Below, piece by piece: positions 36,891 to 50,134 of a DNA stretch of 64,000 nt; position 1 is the stretch's first letter, and the number at the start of each line of letters is the position of its first letter. The notes beneath the pieces were generated by a model. The model saw nothing but the letters and a program-made list of their open reading frames with translations, ran no database searches and was not told where the DNA came from. The stretch spans positions 98,582,001 to 98,646,000 of the forward strand of contig NC_086108.1 of the NCBI RefSeq assembly GCF_963921235.1, given 5' to 3'. Position numbers and translations under genes: made by a program. Origin of the DNA: Mobula hypostoma (Eukaryota).

Positions 36891-39129
36891 GACGGCCTCC
36901 TCCCCTAGGTGGTGCCACTGCATTTTGGGAAGATGTCAGAGGGTAGGATCTTTAGACAGAGTGGTGGCTGCCTGGAATGCACTGATGGGGGTGGTGGTAG
37001 AGGCTATTACAATAGGGAAGTTTAAGAGACTCTTAGATAAGACATGGATGAAAGAAAAACGGAGGGTTATGGGCTGTATAGGAGTCAAGGAGTCAAGGGT
37101 TAAATTGATAGTGGTGTCGGCACAATATAGAACTTAGAAATCTACAGCACATTACAGGCCCTTTGGCCCACAATATTGTGCCGACCGTGTAACCTACTCT
37201 AGAAACTGCCTAGAATTTCCCTACCGCATAGCCCTCTATTTTTCTAAGCTCCATTTACCTATCTAAGGATCTCTTGAAAGGCCCGATTGTATCCACCTCT
37301 ACCACCGTCGCTGGCAGTGCATTCCATGCACCCACCACTCTCTGTGTGGAAAAACTCATCCCTGCCATCCCCTCTGAATCTACATCCAAGCACCTTAAAA
37401 CTATGCCCCCTTGTGTTAACCACTTCAGCCCTGGGAAAAAACCTCTGGCTATCCACACGATCAATGCCTCTCATCTTGGGCTGAAAGGCCCTGTAGTGCT
37501 GTACAGTTCTTGGTTTTATTTGAGGAACAACTTTTGCCTACAACTCTAAATCATATCCTTTAGGGCCACCAGAGATTCTACAGATGCTAGAGACCTTGAG
37601 CAACACACACAAAACGTTTAGAGGAACTCAGCAGGTCAGGCAGGTGGAGGTAGTTGACATTTTGGGCTGAGACTCTTCGTCTTCATCAATCCTGATGTCG
37701 TTGAGCTCCACACCACCCCCTAAACACTCACCCCCCCCAACTTAAATGTATGGCCTTTTAGACATTTCAACCTTGGGAAAGGATATTGTCTGTCTACTCT
37801 AAAAGAACCTCTTATAATCTCATAAATTTCTATCAGGTCTCCCCTATTAACTTCCATCACTCCAGAACAAAGAAGCCAATTTTGACTAACCTCTCCTGCA
37901 AAGTAACACCATAAGACATATGAACAGAATTAGGCCATTCAGTCCATCAAGTCTGCTCCACCATTCTATCATGGCTGATTTATTATCCCTCTCAACCCCA
38001 TTCTCCAGCCTTCTCCCTGTAACCTTTGATGCCCTTACTGATAAAGAACCTATTAACCCCCGCTTTAAATACAATGACTTGGCCTCCACATGCATCTTTG
38101 TTAATGAATGAAAGTAATTAGAGAGAGGATCCTTTTTTCAAAAAAATCGAAAGGATATTCTGGAACAGCAATATACAAGCATTGCTGGAAATCTTAAGCA
38201 ACACACACAAAATGCTGGAGGATCTCACCAGACCTGGTGACATCAATGGAAATGAATAAACAGTTGACATTTTCGATAAACCCCTTCATCAGGACTTTAT
38301 CTGACCAGAAATGGAACAGAATTCTTTAAATGTCCGGTCAATCAGACAGCTTTGAGAGAGAGCAACTGAGAAAATGTAGATAACCTCTCATCGGAACTGG
38401 TGTTGACAGGAAGAGTTTGTTGTCTGAAATTGTCAACAATCATCCTCTCTCTGATTGCTCTTATTTGTCTATGAACTGGAAGGCATAGTGTAAAATGGAC
38501 ATCCTTGGTATCCTGTCTTACACCTTAACAGGAGCATGTTGGCACTGAACTTTTTCCATTTCATTTTTTAAAGCCTCCCAATTGTCCCATGTTCCTTTAT
38601 CTGCAAGCAACCTCTCCCAATCAACCTTGTATATGCTCCTGTCTCATGCCATCAAAAAGTTAGCCCTTGCCCCAATTTAGGACTTTGATCTGTGGACCAG
38701 TCCTATTTCTATCCATAAATATTATTTAAAACTAGTAGAATTATGATCACTGGTCCCATAGTGCTTCCCCAATGACTCTTCAGTCACTTACCCAGCTTTA
38801 TTTCCCAGTTGAAGTTTGAGTGATGCCCCTTTCTGGTAGGGGCCATCGACATATTGAGAAAGCTTTTCTGGACAAACTTAAATTCTGCCACATCCAAACC
38901 CTTAGTGTTTAGACCCAGTCATTATTAGGGAAGTTAAAATTGCCCACTATTACAACCCCATTGCTCTGTCATCTATCTACCTGTGTTCTTCCTGCAAGTA
39001 AAAGTATTCAGCCCCCTTCCCTTTATTCACATAAATGAGTATTACAACCAGGGATTTTGATCAATTTTACTGGAGCTTTTAAAGTAACATTTTGAGCCAA
39101 ATTAAGTAGCAGAATCTACTTACATATAT

Positions 39130-39400
39130 ACTACGAAACAGTGCGGATTAAGGCCTTCCAGGCCTTGGAGCTGCATGCCCAGTAATCCACTGATTTAACC
39201 CTAACCCAATCATGGGACATTTTGCAGTGACCAATGAACCTACCAACCATTAGGTCTTGGTGAGGAAACTGGAGCACCCAGAGGAAACCCACACGGTCAC
39301 AGGGAGAACATACAAACTCCTTACAGGCAGTGGTGGGAATTAAACCGGGTTCTCCTGTACTGTAAAGCGTTGTGCTAACCGCTACACTACTGTGCCATCA
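39130..39400 (-). mobile_element. V-SINE (HE1-like)
   Basis: Same head and core as 20340-20615. Confidence 0.7.
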
Positions 39401-39536
39401 TATATTGGCAAGGCATTGAAAAGAAATAATGAGGATATTAATTTGTACTGATGTCAATTCTTTGCCTACCATCAGGGACTCCCAAACACTTTAACCACTA
39501 TTGATTTGTTTTTCAATTAGATTCCATGTGGCAGCC

Positions 39537-39623
39537 ATGTACCAGGCTTGTTTGCTGAAATGTACCAAAACTGCACGGAATCTTCTTCATTCTTCAAGTG
39601 CTGTAACGTTTTCTACCTCAACG
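39537..39623 (+). CDS. KYAT3: Probable KYAT3 exon encoding an N-terminal mitochondrial presequence (MYQACLLKCTKTARNLLHSSSAVTFSTST); exon begins at 39521
   Basis: Acceptor tttcaattag ends at 39520; Kozak-like GCAGCCATG at 39537. The 29 codons are rich in S/T/K/R/L with no acidic residues and end FSTST, like the FSTSAK before the second Met of human KYAT3. Phase 0 joins to the ATG at 46002. The donor is GC (39624) or an alternative GT (39603). Confidence 0.7.
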
Positions 39624-41589
39624 GCAAGCCACCATTTACCTTCAGACCAGCTGAAGTCGCATTGACCTTTAAGAAAATCATTTGCAGGTGTTCTACCTGC
39701 TGAATGGGATTCATTTCTTTGTATGTTGACAAACCTGTGATTCCTCCAGGATCCCACCTCACTCTGGGAATTCCTTAGGAATAATGTTATTTTGGCAACT
39801 GTCTTTTACTTGAATCGGTTGGTCTTGAATTTTTGCGGTGCTTTAAGTTCTAAATATGAAGTAGAATCTGTCACTTCATTGTGTTGGGTCGTTGTCTGAA
39901 GTGACACAGGCTGGCACCATGATGTTAACTGAAGGTCTCTGCTTCTTTCAGGTTGGTATCTAAGGTCACACGATAGTTTTCAACAGGCTGAGATTTTTCC
40001 AAAGTGCTGGCCGTCTTTGCGGTCTCACAGATAAAACCTTGCTTACACTTTAGTTTGTTGTTTCTTTGCTTGTTGTCTACACCATGGAATTTGGGATAAC
40101 ATAAAATAAAGTAGTATTTATAAGTTCTTGTAACATCACTGGATTTTGGGAGCCATGTTAGACAATGCGCTATTAAAGCCTTATTTGAATTTTCATTCTC
40201 TTGAATATTAACTCTAGGTTTTCCCAAACCTCTCTTACCCTCTTAATGCATTCATTCACATGTAATCCAATCCTGTTGCAATTCTGTCATGTGATTGTTC
40301 ATTTTCTGCACATTGTTGTTTCTGGTGCAGACAGATTCCATTCCATTCTCGTTCTAAGGTACAGGTGCTGAGCTCTGGGTCTTTGTCTCTCATCATAGTT
40401 TCACAATAGTTGTGTCCAAAAGGCTGCAATAAGATGCTCGGCCTATGATAGAATCAAAGACAGATTGCATTTTCTTTTGTCCTGGTGGCTGACACCGTAT
40501 TCTGTCAAATGCGTAGTATATCCATCAGCACTAACATAGTTATACTCATTTGACAACTGACACTGTACAAATAAGGAATGCAAATACCTAAAGGGAACCA
40601 AATTGGTTTATTTTCTGATCCACATTTGCCTCCTTACTCCAAGGCATTTTGTTCATCTGCAGCGAGAGAGTCCAGGAGCAGCGTGCACAGCCTTGAAAAA
40701 GAAACAGAGGTGAGGATGAATTTCTTTAGCCAGAGTATGATGTATCTGTGGAATCTATTGTCATAGACAGCTGTGGAGGCCAAGTCATTGGGTATACTTA
40801 AAGCGAAGGTTGATAGGCTCATAATTAGTAAGTGTGTCAAAGGTTACAGGGAGAAGGCAAGAGAATGGGGTTGAGAGGGAAAATAAATCAGCCAAGATGG
40901 AATGGCGGAGCAGACTCTATGGGTTGAATTGCGAGTTCTGCTGCTACAGTATGTCTTATGGTCTTACTCAAGTAGCAAGAAGGCTCGAGGGAGAATTGAG
41001 AAAGGAATAGAAGATAAAGCTGGAGAGTAAAAGATAGAAATTGAGAGTGTGGGAGACAAAGTTCAAAGTCCTTAGAGAAGGGATGATAAACGATGTGGAA
41101 GTTGGACAGTTGGAAACAAATAAGATGCTGAAGAAACTTGGTGGGTCAAGCAGCAATTGCGGAGTGAAATGGATAATTGATATTTCGGGTGCAACGACCT
41201 GAGAAAGGTTTCACTGCTAATGAAATGGTTGTTCTGCAGCAGCAGTGTTTGGGTTATGACTAGAGGCAACGGGGGCTTTGGAATGCACGCCGTCCAACGA
41301 GGGGAGTGTTTTTTCTTGTTGTGTGCCTGAGACCGAGTGGTTCGAGGTCTTTTGTTCAGCGGAAGACGGAGAGAGAAGATGCCAGAATGGAGAGATCGTA
41401 GACTGCAGGACGGAGTGGACTCGGAATGGGGCTGGGAGTCGATGACGACTGGGGGAAAATCGACTAACGGACGGGAAACCGTGAGCTCCAACGTGCACAT
41501 TAGACTGTTTCATTAAAATGGGCCCTTTTCTCTTTTGTTTATCTCTATAAGTGTGAGGTGGTTCAATAAGTTTTTTTGTTTTTGTTTAA

Positions 41590-42375
41590 TAAGTGTGAGG
41601 TCATTCATTTTGTGAGGTCAAATATGATGGCAGAATATAACATTAATGGTAAGACTCTCGGCAGTGTGGAGGATCAGAGGGATCTTGGGGTCTGAGTCCA
41701 TAGGACGCTCAAAGCGGCTATGCAGGTTGACTCTGTGGTTATGAAGGCATATGGTGCATTGGCCTTCATCAACCGTGGGGTTGAGTTTAAGAGCCCAGAG
41801 GTAATGTTGTAGCTATATAGGACCCTGGTCAGACTCCACCTAGCGTACTGTGCTCAATTCTGGTCGCCTCACTACAGGAAGGATGTGGAAACCATAGAAA
41901 GGGTGCAGAGGAGATTTACAAGGATGTTGCCTGGATTGGGGAGCATGCCTTATGAGAATAGGTTGAGTGAACTCGACCTTTTCTCCTTGGAGCGACGGAG
42001 GATGTGAGGTGACTTGATAGAGGTGTACAAGATAATGAGAGGCATTGGTCGTGTGGATAGTCAGAGGCTTTTTCCCAGGGCTGAAATGGCTAGCATGAGA
42101 GGGCATAGTTTTAAGGTGCTTGGAAGTAGGTACAGAGGAGATGTCAGGGTTAAGTTTTTTACGCAGAAAGTGGTGAGTGTGTGGAATGGGCTGCCGGCAG
42201 CAGTGGTGAAGGCGGATATGATAGGGTCTTTTAAGAGGCTTCTGGACAGGTACATGGAGCTTAGAAAAATAGAGCACTATGGGTAAGCCTAGGTAGTTCT
42301 AAGGTAAGGACATGTTTGGTACAGCTTTGTGGGCCGAAGTGCCTGTATTGAGCTGTAGGTTTTCTATGTTTCTAA
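41590..42375 (+). mobile_element. CR1 3' fragment (same family as 21165-26222)
   Basis: IEVYKIMRGI...RGHSFKVLG; ttctatgtttct tail. Confidence 0.88.
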
Positions 42376-43104
42376 CCCTCAAGTCAAATGAAGAATTATA
42401 AAGCTAAATCTTTTTAATTGCATGTGGAGTACGGTTTGTTATTTTGTGGTACTGATTTGTAACAGGGGAACACCTCATGCAGCATCCACACAAACATGAG
42501 GTTTTTAACCTCAGATTTCACTTGTTTGGTGGGGCCAGAGACTGTTTTCCCGAGACTAACACCGTTGGCCAAACCTGAGGGTTGCACAGGTCAAAACATT
42601 TCCCACTGAGTTTGTTAGCATTTCGTCTGTTGCTGTGTATTCCAGCATCCGTGGACTCTCATGTCTCCAGATGGAAATGCAGAATAACAAGGGTCTTATC
42701 AGTGGAAGCATGGCAAGCACAGGTAAACTGAGGGTATTCCTTGGAATGTAGAAGATTAAGAGATTTGATAGAGGTATACAAAATTATGAGCGGTAATGCA
42801 AGCAGGCTTTTTCCACTGAGGTTGGGTGCGACTACAACTAGAGGTCGTGGGTTAAGGCTGAAAAGTGAAAAGTTTAAGGGGAAACTTCTTGATTTAGAGG
42901 GTCATGAGAGTGTGGAATGAGCTGCCAGCGCAAATGGTACTTGCGATCTCGATTTCAATGCTTAAGAGAAGTTTGGATGGTAGGGGTGTGGAGGCTGTGG
43001 TGCCGGTGCAGGTTGATGGGAGTAAGCAGTTTAAATAGTTCGGTACGGAGTAGATGGGCTTGTTTCTGTGCTGTACTTTCCTATGCCTCTGTGTACCTTT
43101 TGTG

Positions 43105-43420
43105 TGGGCATGTGGCCAAGTGGTTAAGGCATTGGACTAGCGACCTGAAGGTCATGAGTTCGAGCCCCAGCCGAGGGAACATGTTGTGTCCTTGAGCAAG
43201 GCACTTAATCACACAGTGCTCTGCGACGACACTGGTGCCAAGCTGTATGGGTCCTAATGCCCTTCCCTTGGACAACATTGGTGTTGTGGAGAGGGGAGAC
43301 TTGCAGCATGGGCAACTGCTGGTCTTCCATACAACCTTGCCCAGGCCTGTGCCCTGGAGAGTGAAGACTTTCCAGGCGCAGATCCATGGTCTCGCAAGAC
43401 TAACGGATGCCCTTACTTAC
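43105..43420 (+). mobile_element. tRNA-derived SINE
   Basis: A box tggccaagtgg, B box gagttcgagcc, CORE-like ccttgagcaaggcacttaa, short ttac tail. Confidence 0.75.
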
Positions 43421-44056
43421 TTTCACTTATGTACCTTTTGCATCTGAGGTTACAATAAGGTAGGTATACTCGGAAATCAGATTAAAACAGTAATTAATCT
43501 GACTAAGCAAGATGTTTGTGAACTTTGAGGTCGGGAGTTTATTGCAGAAGGGAGAAAGCTCAGAACAACTTGCAAAGTATCTGTCGGGGACTTGATCTGT
43601 TCCGGTAAAACCAGTTAATCCAACACTTTATCAATGGATGTTGTTGCTAAAACAACAATGTGGATTTCAAACTAAATCTCCCATAGGCAAGATGACTTGT
43701 TTATTTGTGTACATGGGGCAAGTGTTTTCAATACTAGATTTAGAATCCAAAATGATTAAGCCATTAGATTAATTTTGCCGTTCTTATCAGAATAGGTTGG
43801 AACATTGAGTTGGTGATACAAATTTCAAACTCCTTCCACAATGAGAATTTACACTTAATTCTCCTAAATGAAGTACTTTGCTAACCTATTTCAGAAGTTA
43901 GATAGAAGTCGCTTTTTTAGGTCTAGAGTATGTGAGCCAAACTAACTAAGAATGGTAGATATTCACCCTTTTAAGAACCTTAGAAAACCAGATGAATCTG
44001 TCAGTTTCGGAGTAGTCATAACTGAAAATAGTTTTTGTTTGAGTAATAAAATAAGA

Positions 44057-44832
44057 ACAGGAAAACAGATTATTATCTGAATGGTGGCCGATTAGGAAAA
44101 GGGGAGGTGCAATGAGACCTGGGCGTCATTGTATACCAGTCATTGAAAGTGGGCATGCAGGTACAGCAGGCGGTGAAAAAGGCGAATGGTATGCTGGCAT
44201 TCATGGCAAGACGACTCGAGTACAGGAGCAGGAAGGTACTACTGCAGTTGTACAAGGCCTTGGTGAGACCACACCTGAAGTATTGTGTGCAGTTTTGGTC
44301 CCCTAATCTGAGGAAAGACATCCTTGCCATAGAGGGAGTACAAAGAAGGTTCACCAGATTGATTCCTGGGATGGCAGGACTTTCATATGATGAAAGACTG
44401 GATCGACTAGGCTTATACTCGCTGGAATTTAGAAGATTGAGGGGGGATCTTATTGAAACATATAAAATTCTAAAGGGATTGGACAGGCTAGATGCAGGAA
44501 GATTGTTCCCGATGTTGGGAAAGTCCAGAACGAGGGGTCACAGTTTAAGGATAAAGGGGAAGCCTTTTAGGACCAAGATGAGGAAAAACTTCTTCACACA
44601 GAGAGTGGTGAATCTGTGGAATTCTCTGCCACAGGAAACAGTTGAGGCCGGTTCATTGGCTATATTTAAGAGGGAGTTAGATATGGCCCTTGTGGCTACG
44701 GGGATCAGGGGGTATGGAGGGAAGGCTGGGGCGGGGTTCTGAGTTGGATGATCAGCCACGATCATACTGAATGGCGGTGCAGGCTCAAAGGGCCGAATGG
44801 CCTACTCTTGCACCTATTTTCTATGTTTCTAT
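44057..44832 (+). mobile_element. CR1 3' fragment (family of 21341-23080)
   Basis: ORF 44143-44742 is nearly identical to the C-terminus of the 548-aa ORF; tail ttctatgtttcta. Confidence 0.93.
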
Positions 44833-44902
44833 AAAACTGGAATTAAATGTAATTCTCCAGAAATGGATGTAAAGGCTGTCCTTTCTAGAAACATCAATAT
44901 AC

Positions 44903-45813
44903 AGTACTGTGCAAAAGTCTTAAGCGCAAATATGTAGAATCAGAACCAGAACTAGGTTTAATATCACCGGCATATGTCGTGAATTTGTTAACTTAGCGGG
45001 AACAGTGCAATGTAATACATGAAAATATAGGAAAATAAATAAATTTAGGTAAGTATGTATATGTATATCAAAGTTAAATTAAGAATAGTACTGCAAAGAC
45101 AAATAATAATAAAAATGAAGTGAGTTAGTGTTCATTGGGTTCCATATCCATTCAGAAATTGGATGGCAGAGGGGCAGGAGCTGTCCCTGAATCGCTGAGT
45201 GTGCGCCTTCAGTCTTCTGTACCTCCTTCCTGATGTTAGCAATGAGAAGAGGGTCATTAATAATGTACACCACCTTTCTGAGGCACTGATCCTTGAAGAT
45301 GTCTTGATTACTACCTTGGATATAGCTAGGGTTCCTAAGACTTAGGCACAGTAATGTAGTAATTTAATGTATTGCACTGTACTACTGTTGCAAAGAAAAA
45401 AACATGTCATGATACGTGTGAGTGATGATAAAGCTGATTCTGCTGTTGGTCTGTTTTGTGGACTGAGAGTGGGAAGGGGGCAGGGAGAGGGGAATCATGG
45501 TTGGGAAAGGGGGGAGGGAGTGGGAAGCACCAGAGAGACATTCTGTAATGATGAGTAAACCAATTGTTTGGAATCAAATGACCTTGCCCAGTGCCTCAGG
45601 GCTGGGTGTGTCTGCACCCACACCACCCCATCCCCCAGCACTCCTCCTCTGCCACCTGTCCCACACTCCACCTTCACCAGTCCCATCATGCTTGCTCCCG
45701 CCAGATTTACAAACTCGCTCTCTGCTCCACGTTGACAAATCCAGTACTGTGCAACAGTCTTAGACACCCTAGCTATATATATATATGTGCCTAAGACTTT
45801 GGCATAGTATTGT
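44903..45813. repeat. Composite repeat with two Tc1-like MITE units
   Basis: cagtactgtgcaa(a/c)agtctta TIRs at 44903 and 45742; body shared with 10945-11300. Confidence 0.55.
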
Positions 45814-46001
45814 ATGTTGCATGAATATATCAAAAAAAGGCAACCAGAGGTATTCTGCCTTAGAGTTGTGCAGTCTTCTGGAACATGTATATTGAGATTT
45901 TTACTTTGACCTTATTGATTGGCCTTAAGATTGTTTTCTAAAGGCTTGTAATCACATTAGACTTACAAAATGTATAAAAATACCTTTTTTCCAACTTGTA
46001 G

Positions 46002-46060
46002 ATGGCTTTACTCAGGCACAAAAATGCAAGGAGGATTGAAGGCCTCGATAAGAATGTGTG
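46002..46060 (+). CDS. KYAT3: KYAT3-like exon MALLRHKNARRIEGLDKNV(W)
   Basis: ttgtag acceptor and gtaagt donor; matches the KYAT3 N-terminus (human MSLKFTNAKRIEGLDSNVW); phase 2 end fits the next exon. Confidence 0.93.
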
Positions 46061-46717
46061 GTAAGTGCTAATTTTAAAATGCTCTCAGCACAGAGCTGTA
46101 TTCTGTAAGGTTTCCTTGGGTGTCAGCCTGTTCTTTCTTCCTGGAGCTCATGGTGGACTGAAAATAGACTTGATAAATTTGGGGAATTGTGTAAATATTG
46201 GTTAGGAATGTGGGTTAATTGGTTCTATTAAGCATTTGGACAGAAACAGAGCACTCACCTTCATTATAAACACTGATGCTGGAAATCTTGAGCAGGATAC
46301 ACAAAATGCCAGAGGAACTCAGCAAGTCAATGGAGAGAAATAAGCAGTCGATGTTTCATAGAACATAGAACATTACAGCACAGTACAGTCACTTTGGCCC
46401 ACAAGGTTTTGCCGTAGGAATTAACCTACTCCAAGATCAATCCCACACAGCCCTCCATTTTTCTATTATCCATGTTCCTCTCTGTTTCTTAAATGTGCCT
46501 AATGTATCTGCTTCCACCACAACCCTTGGTAGCATATTCCAAGCACCTACCACTCTTGTGTAAATAAATAAATTTAATATACATACATACATACATATAT
46601 ACATACATACATACCTTGGACATATCCCACATATTTTTCTCCAATCATCTTAAAATTATGCTCTCTCTATCATCCATTTCTGCCCCGAGAAAAAGGCACT
46701 GGCTGTCCAATCGATTT

Positions 46718-47255
46718 ATAGAAACATAGAAAATAGGTGCAGGGGTAGGCCATTCGGCCCTTCGAGCCTGAACCGCCATTCAGTATGATCATGGCTGATC
46801 ATCCAACTCAGAACCCTATACCTACCTTCTCTCCATACCTCCAATCCCTTTAGCCACAAGGGCCATATCTAACTCCCTCTTAAATATAGCCAATGAACTG
46901 GCCTCAACTGTTTCCTGTGGCAGAGAATTCCACAGATTCACCACTCTCTGTGTGAAGAAGTTTTTCCTCATCTCGGTCCTAAAAGGCTTCCCCTTTATCC
47001 TCAAACTGTGACCCCTCGTTCTGGACTTCCCAACATCGGGAACAATCTTCCTGCATCTAGCCTGTCCAATCCCTTTAGGATTTTATACGTGTCAATAAGA
47101 TCCCCCCTCAATCTTCTAAATTCCAGAGAGTATGAGCCTAGTCGATCCAGTCTTTCATCATATGAAAGTTCTGCCATCCCAGGAATCAATCTGGTGAACC
47201 TTCTTTGTACTCCCTCTATGGCAAGAATGTCTTTCCTCAGATTAGGGGACCAAAA
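46718..47255 (-). mobile_element. CR1 3' fragment (family of 21341-23080)
   Basis: Near reverse complement of 44300-44830. Confidence 0.92.
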
Positions 47256-47461
47256 TTTATGCCTCTTATCATCTTGTACGCCTTTCTCAAGTTACCTGTG
47301 CTCCATGCACCTTGACCATCCAGAGTTTCCGATTGCTAGCCATTTCAATTCCCTTCCCATTCCCACTCTGACCTGTCTGTTCTGGTAGTATAGTAGGTAC
47401 TGTAACACTTTGTAGAAATCGGTCTTCATTTTAACACGAAAGAGTTTTTCTGTTGACCAGT

Positions 47462-47559
47462 GTCAAAAAAGCCAAATTAAATCCACTGTGATACAATGTT
47501 GTAAAACAATAAAACATGAAAACTTCTGGGGGGGGTGTGAATACTTTTTATAGGCACTG
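47462..47559 (-). mobile_element. Tc1/mariner terminal fragment
   Basis: Minus strand reads ta-CAGTGCCTATAAAAAGTATTCA..., a typical Tc1 TIR start with a flanking TA. Confidence 0.6.
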
Positions 47560-47744
47560 TATATTGTTTGATTATGCTTTCCTGTTTGTTTAAATAATTC
47601 ATTATGTTCATATGTATAAATATTGAATTGCATAGGTCGCACTACTACATGATACGTGCGTGGCTCGCTTAAAGTAAACTCGAACTGCACCCTTATTTTT
47701 GGACTCCTGTGAGTTTCTTTGAATTGGTGCCATGTTGCACTCAC

Positions 47745-48865
47745 CTCAATTATAAGCAAACGCTTTGAGAGGCTGGTCAAGACTACATCTGCAGCATGCT
47801 GCCACCCACACTGGACCCTCTACAGTTCAGCTACCAACGGAACTACTCTACCGATCATGCCATAGCCACAGCAATACACACTGTCCTCACTCAGCTGGAG
47901 GAGAGGGATGAATACATTGGAATGCTGTTCCTAGACTACAGTTAAGCATTCAACACCATAGTTCCCTTCAGACTTGACAAGAAGCTCTGAGACCCCGGCC
48001 TGCACCCGCCTCGTGCAGCTGGGTCCTAGATGTCCTATCAGTAAGACAGTAAGGATGGGCTCCCTCACCTCTACTCCTTGGATCCTTTACACAGATACCC
48101 CCCAGGGTTGTGTCCTGAGTCCCCTTCTCTACTCCCTTTATACCCACGACTGTGCTGCCACACACAGCTCCAATCTGCTGATCAAATTTGCAGATGACAC
48201 GAGGTTGATAAGCTTTATTTCTAGCTGTGACGAGACAGCCTACAGAGGAGAGGTTAACACGCTGACGCAGTGGTGCCAAGATAACAACCTCTCCCTCAAT
48301 GTCCAAACAACAAAACAGCTGATTGTGGATTGCAGGAGGAACGGAGACAGGCTCTCCCCAGTCAACATCAATGGGACTACAGTTGAGAGGGTGAGTAGTT
48401 CCAAGTTCCTCAGTAAACACAGCACCGAAGATCTCACCTGACTGTACACACCGGCTGTGTGGCAAAAAAAGTACAACAGCGTGTCTTCCACCTCAGGCAA
48501 CTGAAGAAGTTCGACATAAACCCTCAACTTCTCAAAAGCTTCTACAGGGGCACCATTGAGAGCATCCTGACTGGCTGTATCACTGCCTGGTACGGGAACT
48601 GCACCAACCTTGATCGCTGGGCACTGCAGAGGGCGGTATGGATAACCCAGCACATCTGTGGACGTGAACTTCCCTCCACTGAGGACACTTACAGCAGCAG
48701 GTGCATAAAAAAGGCTTGGAAGATCATCAGGGACACCAGTCACCCCAGCCACAAACTGTTTCAGCAGCTTCCCTCTGGCAAACGGTATTGCATCATTCAA
48801 GCCAGGACCAACAGGCTACAGGACAGCTTCTTTCTACAAGCCATTAGACTTATAAATTCACGTCT
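47745..48865 (+). mobile_element. Rex1/Babar-type LINE fragment
   Basis: LDPLQF, PQGCVLSPLLYSLYTHDC, KFADDT, FYRGTIESILTGCITAWYG. Confidence 0.88.
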
Positions 48866-49029
48866 CTACATTGCGACGGAGTCATGACACAAAGATCTTT
48901 ACTCCCTCGTGTTGTGGGATGGATGTAAGATTTAAATAAATTCAAATAATGTTTTAAAGTTACAGAACAGAACAGTGCGTGCCTGGAGAATGCTGCCAAG
49001 ATTGGTAGTGGAACCAGATATGATAATGG

Positions 49030-49770
49030 CATACATCCCACCCTGCAAAAACCCATTTCAGGGAGGTAGCACCATCAATTTGCGGGAGACTCCCAGAACT
49101 TCCGGGAGCGGTGGGATGTCTGCAATAGAGTAGTTCCTTAGCAGCTAGCCAGCTAGTTTAAATAACATTAGCTATGCCAATAAACAAATGACACCTGTTA
49201 AACCCACCTCAACATGTCTTTTACAGTCTTAACCCACCATGGGCAATAGAAAAGTCACTGTTGCAAACAGCGCAGCGAGCAACAGTGTCATTATTTTTGA
49301 CCCCTATTAGGCAGGGGTACACTTTAGTGTAGTCTGGGGTGAAGTACGTTTCATATTTTCTTTTTTTGGAACACTCTCGCTCTTTCTCTCGCTCTCTCTC
49401 TCTGTCTCGCGCGCTCGCTCTCTCGCTCGTGGTTGCCCTCACTGCGCTCGCTCTCTCGCGCTTTCTTTCTCGCTCTTGCTCTCACTCTGTCTCTTGTGCT
49501 TTCTCTCGTGGTCGCTCACTCGCGTTCGCTCTCTCGTGCTTGCTCTCTTGCTCTCTCTCGCTCTGGCTCTCACGCTCTCTCACTCGCGCTTGCTGTCTCG
49601 CGCTTGCATTCTTGCTCTTGTGCCTGCTCCCTCGCTCTTTCTCGCGCGTTCTGTCATGCTCGCTCTCAAAAAAATCAATTTCCGGGACATTGTATGTAAT
49701 TTGCGGGCATCAGGGAGCCACTATTAAATGTGGGAGACGCCTGGAACTTCCGGGAGAGGTGGGATGTCTG
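49030..49770 (-). mobile_element. Non-autonomous hAT-like DNA transposon with a BED-type Zn-finger remnant
   Basis: TIRs CA(T/G)ACATCCCACC; 6-bp TSD TAATGG at 49024-49029 and 49771-49776; minus-strand ARCAVCNSDFSIAHGG; sits inside a CR1 remnant. Confidence 0.75.
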
Positions 49771-49983
49771 TAATGGCCTTCAAGAGACTTTTAGTCAGGC
49801 ACGTGAATAGGCAGAGAATGGAGGGATATGGATCTCAAATAGGCAGAAGGGTTGAGTCTAATTTGGTATCATGCTCTGATGAGCCTTGTTGGGCTGAACC
49901 TGTGCTGTACCGATCAATATACCAATCAATATTCTGGACCTGTTACCTTCCTCTGTTATTAACAGGTGTGCTCTGTTGTGCAG

Positions 49984-50134
49984 GACTGAATTTACCAAAT
50001 TGGCTGCTGAGCCAGGAGTGGTCAACCTCGGTCTGGGGTTCCCAGACGTGCTACCTCCTTCCCATGTGTGTGAAGCACTGGCTGGCGCAATAGCAGGAGA
50101 AAATTTCATGCTGAATCAGTACACACGAGGGTTT
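49984..50134 (+). CDS. KYAT3: KYAT3-like exon (W)TEFTKLAAEPGVVNLGLGFPDVLPPSHVCEALAGAIAGENFMLNQYTRGF
   Basis: tgcag acceptor and gtaagt donor; 151 nt; EFTKLAA, VVNLGxGFPD and LNQYTRGF motifs of PLP-dependent kynurenine aminotransferases. Confidence 0.95.

Noticed and set aside
40968..42590. Possible solo LTR interrupted by CR1 (similarly 61690-62110)
   Set aside because: Composition is suggestive, but I could not define TG...CA termini, a TSD, a PBS or a partner LTR.
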